A stretch of 33,805 nt of DNA from Candidatus Micrarchaeota archaeon. Lineage in GTDB: Archaea; Micrarchaeota; Micrarchaeia; Anstonellales; Bilamarchaeaceae. Where the stretch lies: positions 1 through 33,805 of the forward strand of contig JAGVWJ010000030.1 in assembly GCA_018304385.1 (NCBI GenBank), given 5' to 3'. Made by a program: the position numbers and the translations under genes. Shown here one piece after another: positions 18,336 through 26,287 of this stretch (its first letter is position 1; every line of letters begins with the position of its first letter). The notes below the pieces were generated by a model. That model was not told the origin of the DNA and did not search any database. It saw nothing but the letters and a program-made list of their open reading frames with translations.

Positions 18336-20075
18336 TCACTTTCTTCTAATATAGACAAGACCAATTGTAAATACAAATATAAAACCAGGTAAGCAGTTTA
18401 CGTTTTCTGGTTGAAGTTTGGATGATGCTGAAGTCTGCGGAAGAGCTGGCGGAGGTTGCACATCTGTTTTCTTATTAGATGAGGTTGAGTCTGGACTTAA
18501 TTTAATCAGCTTTGCAGAATCATGCAGTTCAGTAACAAGTTTATCTAGATCATCTGCATATTTCAAAAGACGATACGCACCAGCATTATCGCCAGTGCGG
18601 GAGATAAAAACAGCCTGCGACTGATAAATCTTGCCCCAAAGTGAAGATCGCTTTTCATTCTTTAATCTGTTTACAGTACTTGTAACTAAAAGCTCTGAAG
18701 ATGCAGAATTAATGGCATTATCTGACGCATACATGCTTTCAGCAAATGTTGCATCAAATGCTGCTGCACCGTAATTGCCAGCTTTGAAAGATATTTTAGC
18801 AGAATCAATATGGTCTAATATATCTTCATTGGTTATATTTAATTTCTCTAACTCAAGCAGTTTTTTCTGGGCCATGTGCTTCCATGAGGTTTCGTCTATC
18901 TGTTCGCCTTGTTCAATGCTCAAACCAGTTTTAACTAATAGGCTAGATATAACGCACCATGCATCAGCATACATAAGCTGGTTATATATAAAATATTTTT
19001 CTTCAGCCAACTGTGCAGCGCTAACATCCGTAGCACCTATTCTTTGGGTCGCCCATGACTTTCTTAGGTCAGCACCAATAAGCCATTCGAAATTTTTATC
19101 TGTTTTTTTAGCAGTTTGCAAACTATTAAGGCATTTGTTTATTGAATTAACCTTTTTGTTCAGATCAACAATATCTGGATTCTCAACATCTACTATTGTT
19201 GATGCATCAATATAATCTAAAAATGCCTCATTAGCAGCAGTGAATAAATACCCCTTTTCAATAAGCGCGTTTTGCCGTTCTAGCTCAACAAGAAACACAT
19301 CCTTTATCTCTTTTACCTCGCGCTCATCATCTTTTATGTTATTAACTACTTTTCTCTCGCCTTCTATAAGCTCTAATGTTATTTCTTTAAATTTATCAAG
19401 ATCAGATGCATCATACGATTCGATATTTTTTAATGAGCGATCAGGAATGGTCAATGGTTTCTTTTCTACCTCTCTGTTAAAAACCATAAATCCAATGGCT
19501 TCGTCAACATTTTCCACCTCAATTATTTCAAGATCAGAGGTTCTTTGTATATGTGATAGTATAACACGCTCATGCAATGAATGTTGAGGAGTAAGAAAAT
19601 ATTTTATATGATTCTTTGATAGCGCGCTGGCCTTTTCATAAAGCCCGCCAACACGACCAACCTTTCCGAATCTATCAACTGCGCCTGTTACTGTTGCATC
19701 ATCACGCACATGTTCTCCTTCTATCGCAGCATATGTTAAAACAGAGAACGCAACACCTGCGCTTGGGCCATCTACATATTCTGCAATATTCCCATCTATG
19801 CTTACAAGAATATTACAATCATCCAAAGATTTACCGAGTTTCGAAGCAACGTATATGACTGCATCATCAACTGATTTTTGCGTTGCAACACCAGTATTAG
19901 GAAAAGTAGATAGATATATCTCGCCTTCGCCTGGAACTGCCTTAATAGTTACTCCAACTAAACCGCCGCCATCTTGAACTACGGCTGGGATGGGATGACT
20001 TGCTTCACCGTTGCATGCTGCAAAGGACAGGCTAATAATTAATAGTATTATAATCGAAAGCTTGGCCCTGGTCAT
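18336..20075 (-). CDS. Exported Lon-type (S16) serine protease domain protein lacking an ATPase, with C-terminal sorting-like anchor
   Basis: Signal peptide; VDGPSAG (Ser) and VGGLYEK (Lys) dyad; DATVTGAV; Ser/Pro linker, then CLPGFIFVFTIGLVYIRRK. Confidence 0.85.
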   Translation of the reverse strand: MTRAKLSIIILLIISLSFAACNGEASHPIPAVVQDGGGLVGVTIKAVPGEGEIYLSTFPNTGVATQKSVDDAVIYVASKLGKSLDDCNILVSIDGNIAEYVDGPSAGVAFSVLTYAAIEGEHVRDDATVTGAVDRFGKVGRVGGLYEKASALSKNHIKYFLTPQHSLHERVILSHIQRTSDLEIIEVENVDEAIGFMVFNREVEKKPLTIPDRSLKNIESYDASDLDKFKEITLELIEGERKVVNNIKDDEREVKEIKDVFLVELERQNALIEKGYLFTAANEAFLDYIDASTIVDVENPDIVDLNKKVNSINKCLNSLQTAKKTDKNFEWLIGADLRKSWATQRIGATDVSAAQLAEEKYFIYNQLMYADAWCVISSLLVKTGLSIEQGEQIDETSWKHMAQKKLLELEKLNITNEDILDHIDSAKISFKAGNYGAAAFDATFAESMYASDNAINSASSELLVTSTVNRLKNEKRSSLWGKIYQSQAVFISRTGDNAGAYRLLKYADDLDKLVTELHDSAKLIKLSPDSTSSNKKTDVQPPPALPQTSASSKLQPENVNCLPGFIFVFTIGLVYIRRK

Positions 20076-20127
20076 GGAATTTTATTGAATAAACATATTT
20101 AAATTACTATGCAGGCTATTTTTTAAT

Positions 20128-20964
20128 ATGGAAACCAAAGAAAAACTAAATAATCTTAGGGCGTTTATAAAAAAATTAAATAATGCAATAATTGCTTATT
20201 CTGGCGGCATTGACAGCACACTAGTAGCAAGGATATGTAGGGATGAATTAGGAGAGAAGGCAATTGCAGTTACCGCAACATCGCCATCCTATCCAAAATA
20301 TGAATTAGAACAAGCAAAAAAGATTGCAAAAAAAATTGGAATAGAACATCTAATAATAGAAACACATGAAATAAAAAATGAGCAATATTTGAAAAATAAA
20401 TCAAATAGATGCTACTTTTGTAAAACTACGTTATACAGCGAGCTTGAAAAAATCGCAAAAGAACTTAATTATGAAAATATTCTAAATGGCATAAACGTAG
20501 ATGACTTAGGTGACTTTCGCCCAGGTATTAAGGCAGCAAAAGAATACAGGGTAATAAGCCCTTTAAAGGAAGTTGGGTTAACCAAAAAGGATATTATTGA
20601 GATAGCTGAACATTTGGGATTACCAAACTGGAATAAACCTGCATCGCCATGCTTATCATCACGCGTACCTTATGGCATAATGATTACGCCAGAGATATTA
20701 GAAAAAATTGAAAAGGCAGAGGGTGTTCTAAGAGATTTAGGGCTAATGCAATTTAGGGTAAGATACCATAAGGAGATTGCAAGAATAGAAGTAGAAAAGA
20801 AAGACTTTGAGGTTGTATTAGCGAATGCTGATCTAATAAATAAAAAATTCAGAGATATCGGGTTTGCATATACTTGTCTGGATTTACGCGGGTTTAAATC
20901 AGGCAGGCTAAATGAAATAAACGGGGTTTTTGATGAGAAACAAGAAAAAGAAATTGCCTTATGA
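20128..20964 (+). CDS. larE: LarE, ATP-dependent sulfur transferase for nickel-pincer nucleotide synthesis
   Basis: PP-loop IAYSGGIDS, RCYFCK, DDLGDFRPG, SPCLSSRVPYG, RVRYH, LDLRGFKSG. Confidence 0.93.
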   Translation: METKEKLNNLRAFIKKLNNAIIAYSGGIDSTLVARICRDELGEKAIAVTATSPSYPKYELEQAKKIAKKIGIEHLIIETHEIKNEQYLKNKSNRCYFCKTTLYSELEKIAKELNYENILNGINVDDLGDFRPGIKAAKEYRVISPLKEVGLTKKDIIEIAEHLGLPNWNKPASPCLSSRVPYGIMITPEILEKIEKAEGVLRDLGLMQFRVRYHKEIARIEVEKKDFEVVLANADLINKKFRDIGFAYTCLDLRGFKSGRLNEINGVFDEKQEKEIAL

Positions 20965-21610
20965 AGACTTATTCTTTTCAAAGGTTGATCTTGCGCGCGA
21001 GCGCATCAAAGGTTTTCCAGAGGTAATATTTTGCCAAGGAAAAACAATAGAACAGATAATTTCCATAATGCGAGCGCTTGCGCGCAATAAACAAAATATA
21101 ATGGCAACTCGTGCGAGCGAGCAAATTTTTAATATTGTGAAAAAGGAATTTGAAACTGCAAAATATAATACACATGCAAAGATCATTACTGTTCGGAATA
21201 AGGCGATTAAAAGAAAAAATGGGAAAATACTAATTATGAGTGCTGGAACTGCTGATATTCCTATTGCAGAAGAAGCAGCAGTAACAGCAGAATTTATGGG
21301 AAACAGAGTAGAAAGAATTTATGATGTTGGCGTTGCAGGATTGCATCGCTTGCTTAGAAATCTGAAAAAAATAAGAAACGCATCTGCAATAGTTGTTGTT
21401 GCAGGAATGGAAGGCGCGCTTCCAAGCGTTGTTTCAGGATTAACCATCAAGCCAGTTATTGCTGTTCCTACGCGCATTGGATATGGTGCGCATTTTAATG
21501 GAATCGCGCCATTGCTTACAATGCTAAACAGCTGCTCTCCAGGTATTGCAGTAGTAAATATAAATAATGGATTTGGCGCTGGATATTTTGCAAGCATAAT
21601 TAGTAGGTAA
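20930..21610 (+). CDS. larB: LarB, NaAD carboxylase/hydrolase (AIR-carboxylase-like)
   Basis: GFPEVIFCQGK, AGTADIPIAEEA, DVGVAGLHRL, AGMEGALPSVV, PVIAVPT, LNSCSPG. Start is TTG 20930 or ATG 20933. Confidence 0.93.
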   Translation: MMRNKKKKLPYEDLFFSKVDLARERIKGFPEVIFCQGKTIEQIISIMRALARNKQNIMATRASEQIFNIVKKEFETAKYNTHAKIITVRNKAIKRKNGKILIMSAGTADIPIAEEAAVTAEFMGNRVERIYDVGVAGLHRLLRNLKKIRNASAIVVVAGMEGALPSVVSGLTIKPVIAVPTRIGYGAHFNGIAPLLTMLNSCSPGIAVVNINNGFGAGYFASIISR

Positions 21611-23863
21611 TTATTTCTCTTTCCCTAATCTTTCTAAAACCGCTTTAACAATCATTGGCCAGGCAATTGTTGCATCTGAATAAACCTCTACTTGTCTGCC
21701 ACCTTCACTAATTGGCACAAATTTACCCCAACTGACACCTTCGGAATATGTACAACCACTATTTGAAACTATTATCCCGTTCGCAGCGAAATTATGGGCA
21801 TCATCTACGGTCATATCATACGTGTCTTCTTCACCGTAATATTCTATAAACATAACAAAATGGTTATCTGGACAATTATTATTGATCCAGCCCCTATTTA
21901 TCCCATAAATTTTCATTCTTTTATTAAAAACTTTAACTGTTATGTCAAGTCTCCTTGCTGCCTTTGTAATTATTCCGTTTTCTTTTACCAACGCATCTTT
22001 TACAGTAGCTTCGCTAATTCCTTTTATCCATCTCCCGTTTTTTTCATTGGAAACTATTGCTGATCGAACCTCTTGTGACAAAGAAAGCCATCTTTTAGCT
22101 GTTGCATTATGGGCATTTTGTAATCTTACTCTTCTTTCTTCCTCGTTAAGAGAATCCCAGTAGTTCTTAGCTATATTTGATCTCCTCAGTCTTTCCTCAT
22201 TTGAACTCAAAGCGTATTCTTTTCTCTTCTCGCATAATTCTTTATATCCCTCTTCACTTAAACCGTCCCAATAGGATCTTGACATTTGTTGCATTAGAAC
22301 TGGATCGCAATTTTCTTTAAGAGCTTGAATTCTCTTTTCTCTAGATTCATCTGATTCAGCAAAGCGATGATACCTAGCATGCTCTGCGAAATCTATAATG
22401 TCCAAATTTTCAATGGAATTATTCAAGGTATTATGATCAATATGGTGGACTGCGTAATTTGATGCCAATACCATTTGTTTCAACTCCTGCATAATAAATC
22501 TATGCTCGGCGATAGTTCTGCTGTTATTCAACCTTATAAATCTATATTCACCATGTTTATCCGCCTTGTAGTAAGAGTTAAATGGCATTAGTCTATCATT
22601 CTCTTTTAATTCAGATAATTTTTTATAAGTACCATCCCTAAGCATAAACTTATGATCTTGAGATGCAATAATTGAGTCGCTTTTAAATTCTCTTTTCCCA
22701 CTAACCCAACCAGAAATCCAACCATAAGTCAACTTATAAAGTTTTTTCTTACCAGTTGACCAAACTTGCCTTACGTTAGACAAAACTATTCTACCTTTTT
22801 GTGTATCATAAGAATAAACTGGAAAATTATATTTACCAACCAGATCTTTTATTGGAATTCCCTCTGGAAAAACTGATAAATCTCGTGGCGTATCTATCTT
22901 AGTATCGCCATGAAGACAAAGCCCCCCAAAATGTGTCGGCTCTGGACAGATGCGAACTGCATACTTAAATTTTTTAACATGGCCATTTCCCTCTTCTTCA
23001 CTAATATGGTATTTCGAATAATCCCCATTATCAATTAATCTCCATCTTATCAGATCAAGATACGGTCCAACCTGCTGCGCCCAATTGCGAGGTACACCCC
23101 CGCCAATAGTAAATATACCCAATGTTTTTGCTTTTAAAACGCGCTCAGTATAATCTTCTAAATCCAAAAACGGATCATAGCTCATATCCTTTCCTTTTTT
23201 TCTAAGCTCTCTTCTTATTAATGCAAGATCCAAGCCAAGCTCGCTATCAGTAAAAGCAGGAATATAAACAGGGACATTTTTATCATATGCTGATTTAAGT
23301 AAACCCCTGCCATTAACATTTTTATGTAAATATTCGCCAAGTTTTTTATTTATTTTATAACTACATGCAACTTCATTAAGGTCCCAACCAAGGATTTGAG
23401 ATTTAAATATTTCATATGCACGATTAAAATTAGTTTCAGGTTCTAGAGTATCATAAACCCGATTATAACCTCTTTTATAAAGTTCCGTATCTTCCATATC
23501 TGGGCGATATTTAAAATGCTCCATACCTGCTGACTCTATAAAACCATGCGCCATTAACGCACCTGTGCTCACAATCGCATCACACATGCCATTATCAATC
23601 ATGTCACAAACCAACAAACCCATCTTTGCAACAGTCATTGCACCAGAAAGTGTAAGCACTTTAAAACAGGATTCGTCTCTTACCATTGTTTCTAGAACAT
23701 CTGCAGCCTCACCTACATTGCGGCCTGCAAAAGCAGTATGACCCATTGCCCTTACTAAATCATCTATTGAGTTTATTTTTTCTAAATCCAAAGGCATTAG
23801 TGGTTCCAAATGATCAGAATGACCAGTTCCTAATTTTCTTAAATGTTTTTCTTTAGTAATCAT
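21611..23863 (-). CDS. Deoxyhypusine synthase-like protein (DHS/homospermidine-synthase superfamily) containing an intein; 364-aa extein
   Basis: TLSGAMT, IVSTGALMAH, NRVYD, PAFTDSELG, IGGGVPRNW, ICPEP..GGL | SGCTYSEGVSWGKF, DATIAWP; GGTG SD. Confidence 0.92.
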   Translation of the reverse strand: MITKEKHLRKLGTGHSDHLEPLMPLDLEKINSIDDLVRAMGHTAFAGRNVGEAADVLETMVRDESCFKVLTLSGAMTVAKMGLLVCDMIDNGMCDAIVSTGALMAHGFIESAGMEHFKYRPDMEDTELYKRGYNRVYDTLEPETNFNRAYEIFKSQILGWDLNEVACSYKINKKLGEYLHKNVNGRGLLKSAYDKNVPVYIPAFTDSELGLDLALIRRELRKKGKDMSYDPFLDLEDYTERVLKAKTLGIFTIGGGVPRNWAQQVGPYLDLIRWRLIDNGDYSKYHISEEEGNGHVKKFKYAVRICPEPTHFGGLCLHGDTKIDTPRDLSVFPEGIPIKDLVGKYNFPVYSYDTQKGRIVLSNVRQVWSTGKKKLYKLTYGWISGWVSGKREFKSDSIIASQDHKFMLRDGTYKKLSELKENDRLMPFNSYYKADKHGEYRFIRLNNSRTIAEHRFIMQELKQMVLASNYAVHHIDHNTLNNSIENLDIIDFAEHARYHRFAESDESREKRIQALKENCDPVLMQQMSRSYWDGLSEEGYKELCEKRKEYALSSNEERLRRSNIAKNYWDSLNEEERRVRLQNAHNATAKRWLSLSQEVRSAIVSNEKNGRWIKGISEATVKDALVKENGIITKAARRLDITVKVFNKRMKIYGINRGWINNNCPDNHFVMFIEYYGEEDTYDMTVDDAHNFAANGIIVSNSGCTYSEGVSWGKFVPISEGGRQVEVYSDATIAWPMIVKAVLERLGKEK
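21761..22918 (-). mobile_element. Intein (386 aa, residues 316-701) with HNH homing endonuclease
   Basis: Starts CLHGDTKIDTP after GGL; block B SQDHKF; block F/G TYDMTVDDAHNFAANGIIVSN followed by +1 Ser. Internal HNH motif AEHRFIM...VHHIDHNTLNNSIENL...EHARYH. Removing it restores GGLSGCTYSEGVSWGK. Confidence 0.92.
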
Positions 23864-23934
23864 AGCAACACCAAAAAATTTTTATCAATTTGTTCTTACA
23901 GCTAAAATTTAAATTACTTCTGTTAAAATCATCT

Positions 23935-24645
23935 ATGCGAATTTTATTAATTGATGCGTGTTTTGGGGTTACAACAAATAGGTTATTAGGTGCGCTATTA
24001 GGTTATAAAATAAAAATTAACGAGGTAAAAAATGGAATAAAGAAAATAAATTTTGGTAATACTAAAATAAAATTCGCTGTTAAAAATTACAAAAATGGAA
24101 AAATATTAAAAATTTCCAGTAATGATAAAGCAAAAGAAAGAAAATACCTAGAAATAAAAAATATAATAGAAAAAAGCAAATTAAACAGATCTGTTAAGAA
24201 AAAATTATTGAAAATATATAAAATAATTGCAAAGGCAGAATCAAAAATGCATAAAACAAGCATTGCAAATGTTCATTTTCATGAAATTGGAAAATTGGAT
24301 AATCTCGCAAAGATAGTTACAATTCTAATTGCATTAGAAAAATTAAAAATCAAAAAGATATTCTGTTCAAAGATAAATGTTGGATCTGGATTTGTAAACA
24401 CTGCGCATGGCAAGCTACCCGTGCCTGCACCAGCAACAAAGGAAATTTTAAATATATATAAACTACCATTTTACAAAAGTAAAATAAAAAAAGAATTAGT
24501 CACACCAAGCTCTGCTGCTATTTTGAAAGTAATAGTTGATGAATTTTATTCTGACCACAAGCCACTTGCCACTAGCCACAAGCTAATTAATGGTTATGAA
24601 GAAGAAAATAAATATCCTGTTAAATTACAAATTTTTAACCGCTAG
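23935..24645 (+). CDS. larC: LarC N-terminal domain (nickel insertase), divergent; C-terminal domain absent
   Basis: VHFHEIG, GSGFVNTAHGKLPVPAPAT, ELVTPSSAA. ATG 23935 (MRILLID) matches the usual LarC start. Confidence 0.8.
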   Translation: MRILLIDACFGVTTNRLLGALLGYKIKINEVKNGIKKINFGNTKIKFAVKNYKNGKILKISSNDKAKERKYLEIKNIIEKSKLNRSVKKKLLKIYKIIAKAESKMHKTSIANVHFHEIGKLDNLAKIVTILIALEKLKIKKIFCSKINVGSGFVNTAHGKLPVPAPATKEILNIYKLPFYKSKIKKELVTPSSAAILKVIVDEFYSDHKPLATSHKLINGYEEENKYPVKLQIFNR

Positions 24646-25194
24646 AATCCCTCGATCTGTTTTAAGAAATTGGTAGTTCTCAGATAGATAAAGTTTTTCT
24701 AGCTGGCTGCCACTCTCAAGAATGTAATCTTCTAAACCCCCTTTTGGTAAATCCTCGTTTAAGTAAGATAAAATGTATTTAAAGCCGCTGTTTTTTGCAT
24801 CATCTTCTCTTGTTTTTAATAATATCCTTCTAATACCACGGCCTTCATAAGAAAGCAAAACTGCCGGGTCTTCGACATAAATCGCATTTGCATCTCCGTT
24901 TCTTATTCCTTTTTCATTTTCATCATAATGTGCAGGCCAGGATAGACCTACGCCAATAAGCATACGGTTTACATAGCAACCAAAGCTCATATTATAGTCT
25001 ATAATCATTGCTACTTCCTTGTCAGTAACATCAAAAGAGCATTTTCTCATTACCTTAACTGCCTCTTCTAGGTCATCCCTGCTAAGTTTCTTTATTTCTA
25101 TTTCATCTTCATCTAACATATGTAGAAATTTTTTCTTGGGACCTACATCCTTGACTTCTTTTTTTTCATCCACTTTGAATGTTTCGCCTACCAT
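24625..25194 (-). CDS. GNAT-family acetyltransferase-like protein
   Basis: Motif-A-like VEDPAVLLSYEGRGIRRILL..AKNSG and LYLSENY; GGTG SD. Confidence 0.65.
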   Translation of the reverse strand: MVGETFKVDEKKEVKDVGPKKKFLHMLDEDEIEIKKLSRDDLEEAVKVMRKCSFDVTDKEVAMIIDYNMSFGCYVNRMLIGVGLSWPAHYDENEKGIRNGDANAIYVEDPAVLLSYEGRGIRRILLKTREDDAKNSGFKYILSYLNEDLPKGGLEDYILESGSQLEKLYLSENYQFLKTDRGILAVKNL

Positions 25195-25233
25195 CTGTGT
25201 ACACCTTATATCTTCTCATTCTTATAATAGAAA

Positions 25234-25635
25234 TTAAAAAACTCTTCTAATCCATTTTACCTGATCAAAATGACCATCAAATGAGTAAATAGAATTATCT
25301 TCTGTTTCACTCATTGCAGAGACGATCTGGGCATCAGTTAAACCCATCTTATAGATATTAAAGTTTTCTATTGTTTTTTCCCAAAGTATATCTGTTAGAA
25401 ATAATATTTGCAGCTTTGGCAAACTTAAAATTATACTAAGAGTTCTTCTTGCAAAATCTTCGCCTCTTATCTTAAAAAGATGGTTCACTACTTCATGAAC
25501 AATACCAGATGTAACGTAGATAACTTTTATTTCTTGATTCTCTTTTATTGCATTAATAATATTAAATGACTTAGGGTGATGCTTGTCATTGCTATTAAAA
25601 TAACCGATCCAAACATTCGAATCTACAAAAACCAT
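25234..25635 (-). CDS. vapC: PIN-domain (VapC-like) toxin
   Basis: VFVDSNVWIG, IVHEVVNHL, LTDAQIV, IYSFDGHFD. ATG 25635 follows GAGG just after the partner's stop codon. Confidence 0.85.
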   Translation of the reverse strand: MVFVDSNVWIGYFNSNDKHHPKSFNIINAIKENQEIKVIYVTSGIVHEVVNHLFKIRGEDFARRTLSIILSLPKLQILFLTDILWEKTIENFNIYKMGLTDAQIVSAMSETEDNSIYSFDGHFDQVKWIRRVF

Positions 25636-25639
25636 TTCC

Positions 25640-25873
25640 TCACTGATAAATATCAACATCTAGACAATCTATGTCTTTAGGCCCTTTGAAAATTAGCTTC
25701 TCTAGTTTTTCCCATGCCTTAGGGTCTTTTTTAAATCGTAATTTCCCTACTAGAAAATGTTCTTTTATTACCTCATCTGCACTAACCTTTCTTTTTTTCT
25801 CTGCTTGCGCTTGCCCTACTGCCACCATAACCATTTGGTAGGTTGTTTCCGAAACACGTAATGTTTTGTCCAT
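25640..25873 (-). CDS. Putative antitoxin (VapB-like, RHH-type N-terminus)
   Basis: 77 aa directly upstream of the PIN gene; KTLRVSETTY..., DEVIKE; acidic C-terminus. Confidence 0.7.
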   Translation of the reverse strand: MDKTLRVSETTYQMVMVAVGQAQAEKKRKVSADEVIKEHFLVGKLRFKKDPKAWEKLEKLIFKGPKDIDCLDVDIYQ

Positions 25874-25877
25874 ATGT

Positions 25878-25897
25878 ATACTTTGTATACAAAGTAT
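25878..25897. promoter_or_regulatory. Perfect 20-bp palindrome ATACTTTGTATACAAAGTAT, putative TA operator
   Basis: Sits between a TATA-like TTTTAATA (- strand, 25902-25895) and the antitoxin ATG at 25873. Confidence 0.7.
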
Positions 25898-25948
25898 TAA
25901 AAGGCTGATTAATGACCACAGACCTCATTACCTATAGCTTAAGGCCAA

Positions 25949-26287
25949 TTACATAAATCTCGTATTACAAACTGGGCAGCTCGTAAGATACGCTTCAGCT
26001 TGATAACCGCATATAGGACATTGAAAGTAAGTTTTTTTAGCCCTTTCTAATTCAGCCTCAAAGCTGTAATTGCACTTAACACACGCTTTAATATCCAATT
26101 CGTTCAGCTCTTCGCATTTTGGGCATTTTCTACGAAACATACTACCTATGCGCACACCGCATTTCTCGCAGCGTTCCCAAGATAAGTTTACCTGCTCGCC
26201 ACAACCTGGGCATTTCTGCCACTGACCTTTACCACTGCCTGAGCCAGTACCCTTAAGCACACCTTTAAGAAAATCTCCAAGACCCAT
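25949..26287 (-). CDS. Multiple zinc-ribbon (DZR-like) protein with amphipathic N-terminal helix
   Basis: Six CxxC motifs (CPGC, CEKC, CPKC, CVKC, CPIC, CPVC); TAATG overlap with the upstream ATPase. Confidence 0.8.
   Translation of the reverse strand: MGLGDFLKGVLKGTGSGSGKGQWQKCPGCGEQVNLSWERCEKCGVRIGSMFRRKCPKCEELNELDIKACVKCNYSFEAELERAKKTYFQCPICGYQAEAYLTSCPVCNTRFM
26234..26287 (-). repeat. Direct repeat copy A (first 18 codons of the zinc-ribbon gene); partner at 27516..27569
   Basis: 48/54 nt identical to 27516..27569; the first 26 nt are identical. Confidence 0.9.

Noticed and set aside
1748-23863. Polyamine pathway linking the PuuB-like oxidoreductase and the DHS-like gene
   Set aside because: They are about 19 kb apart, and the oxidoreductase's substrate cannot be inferred.
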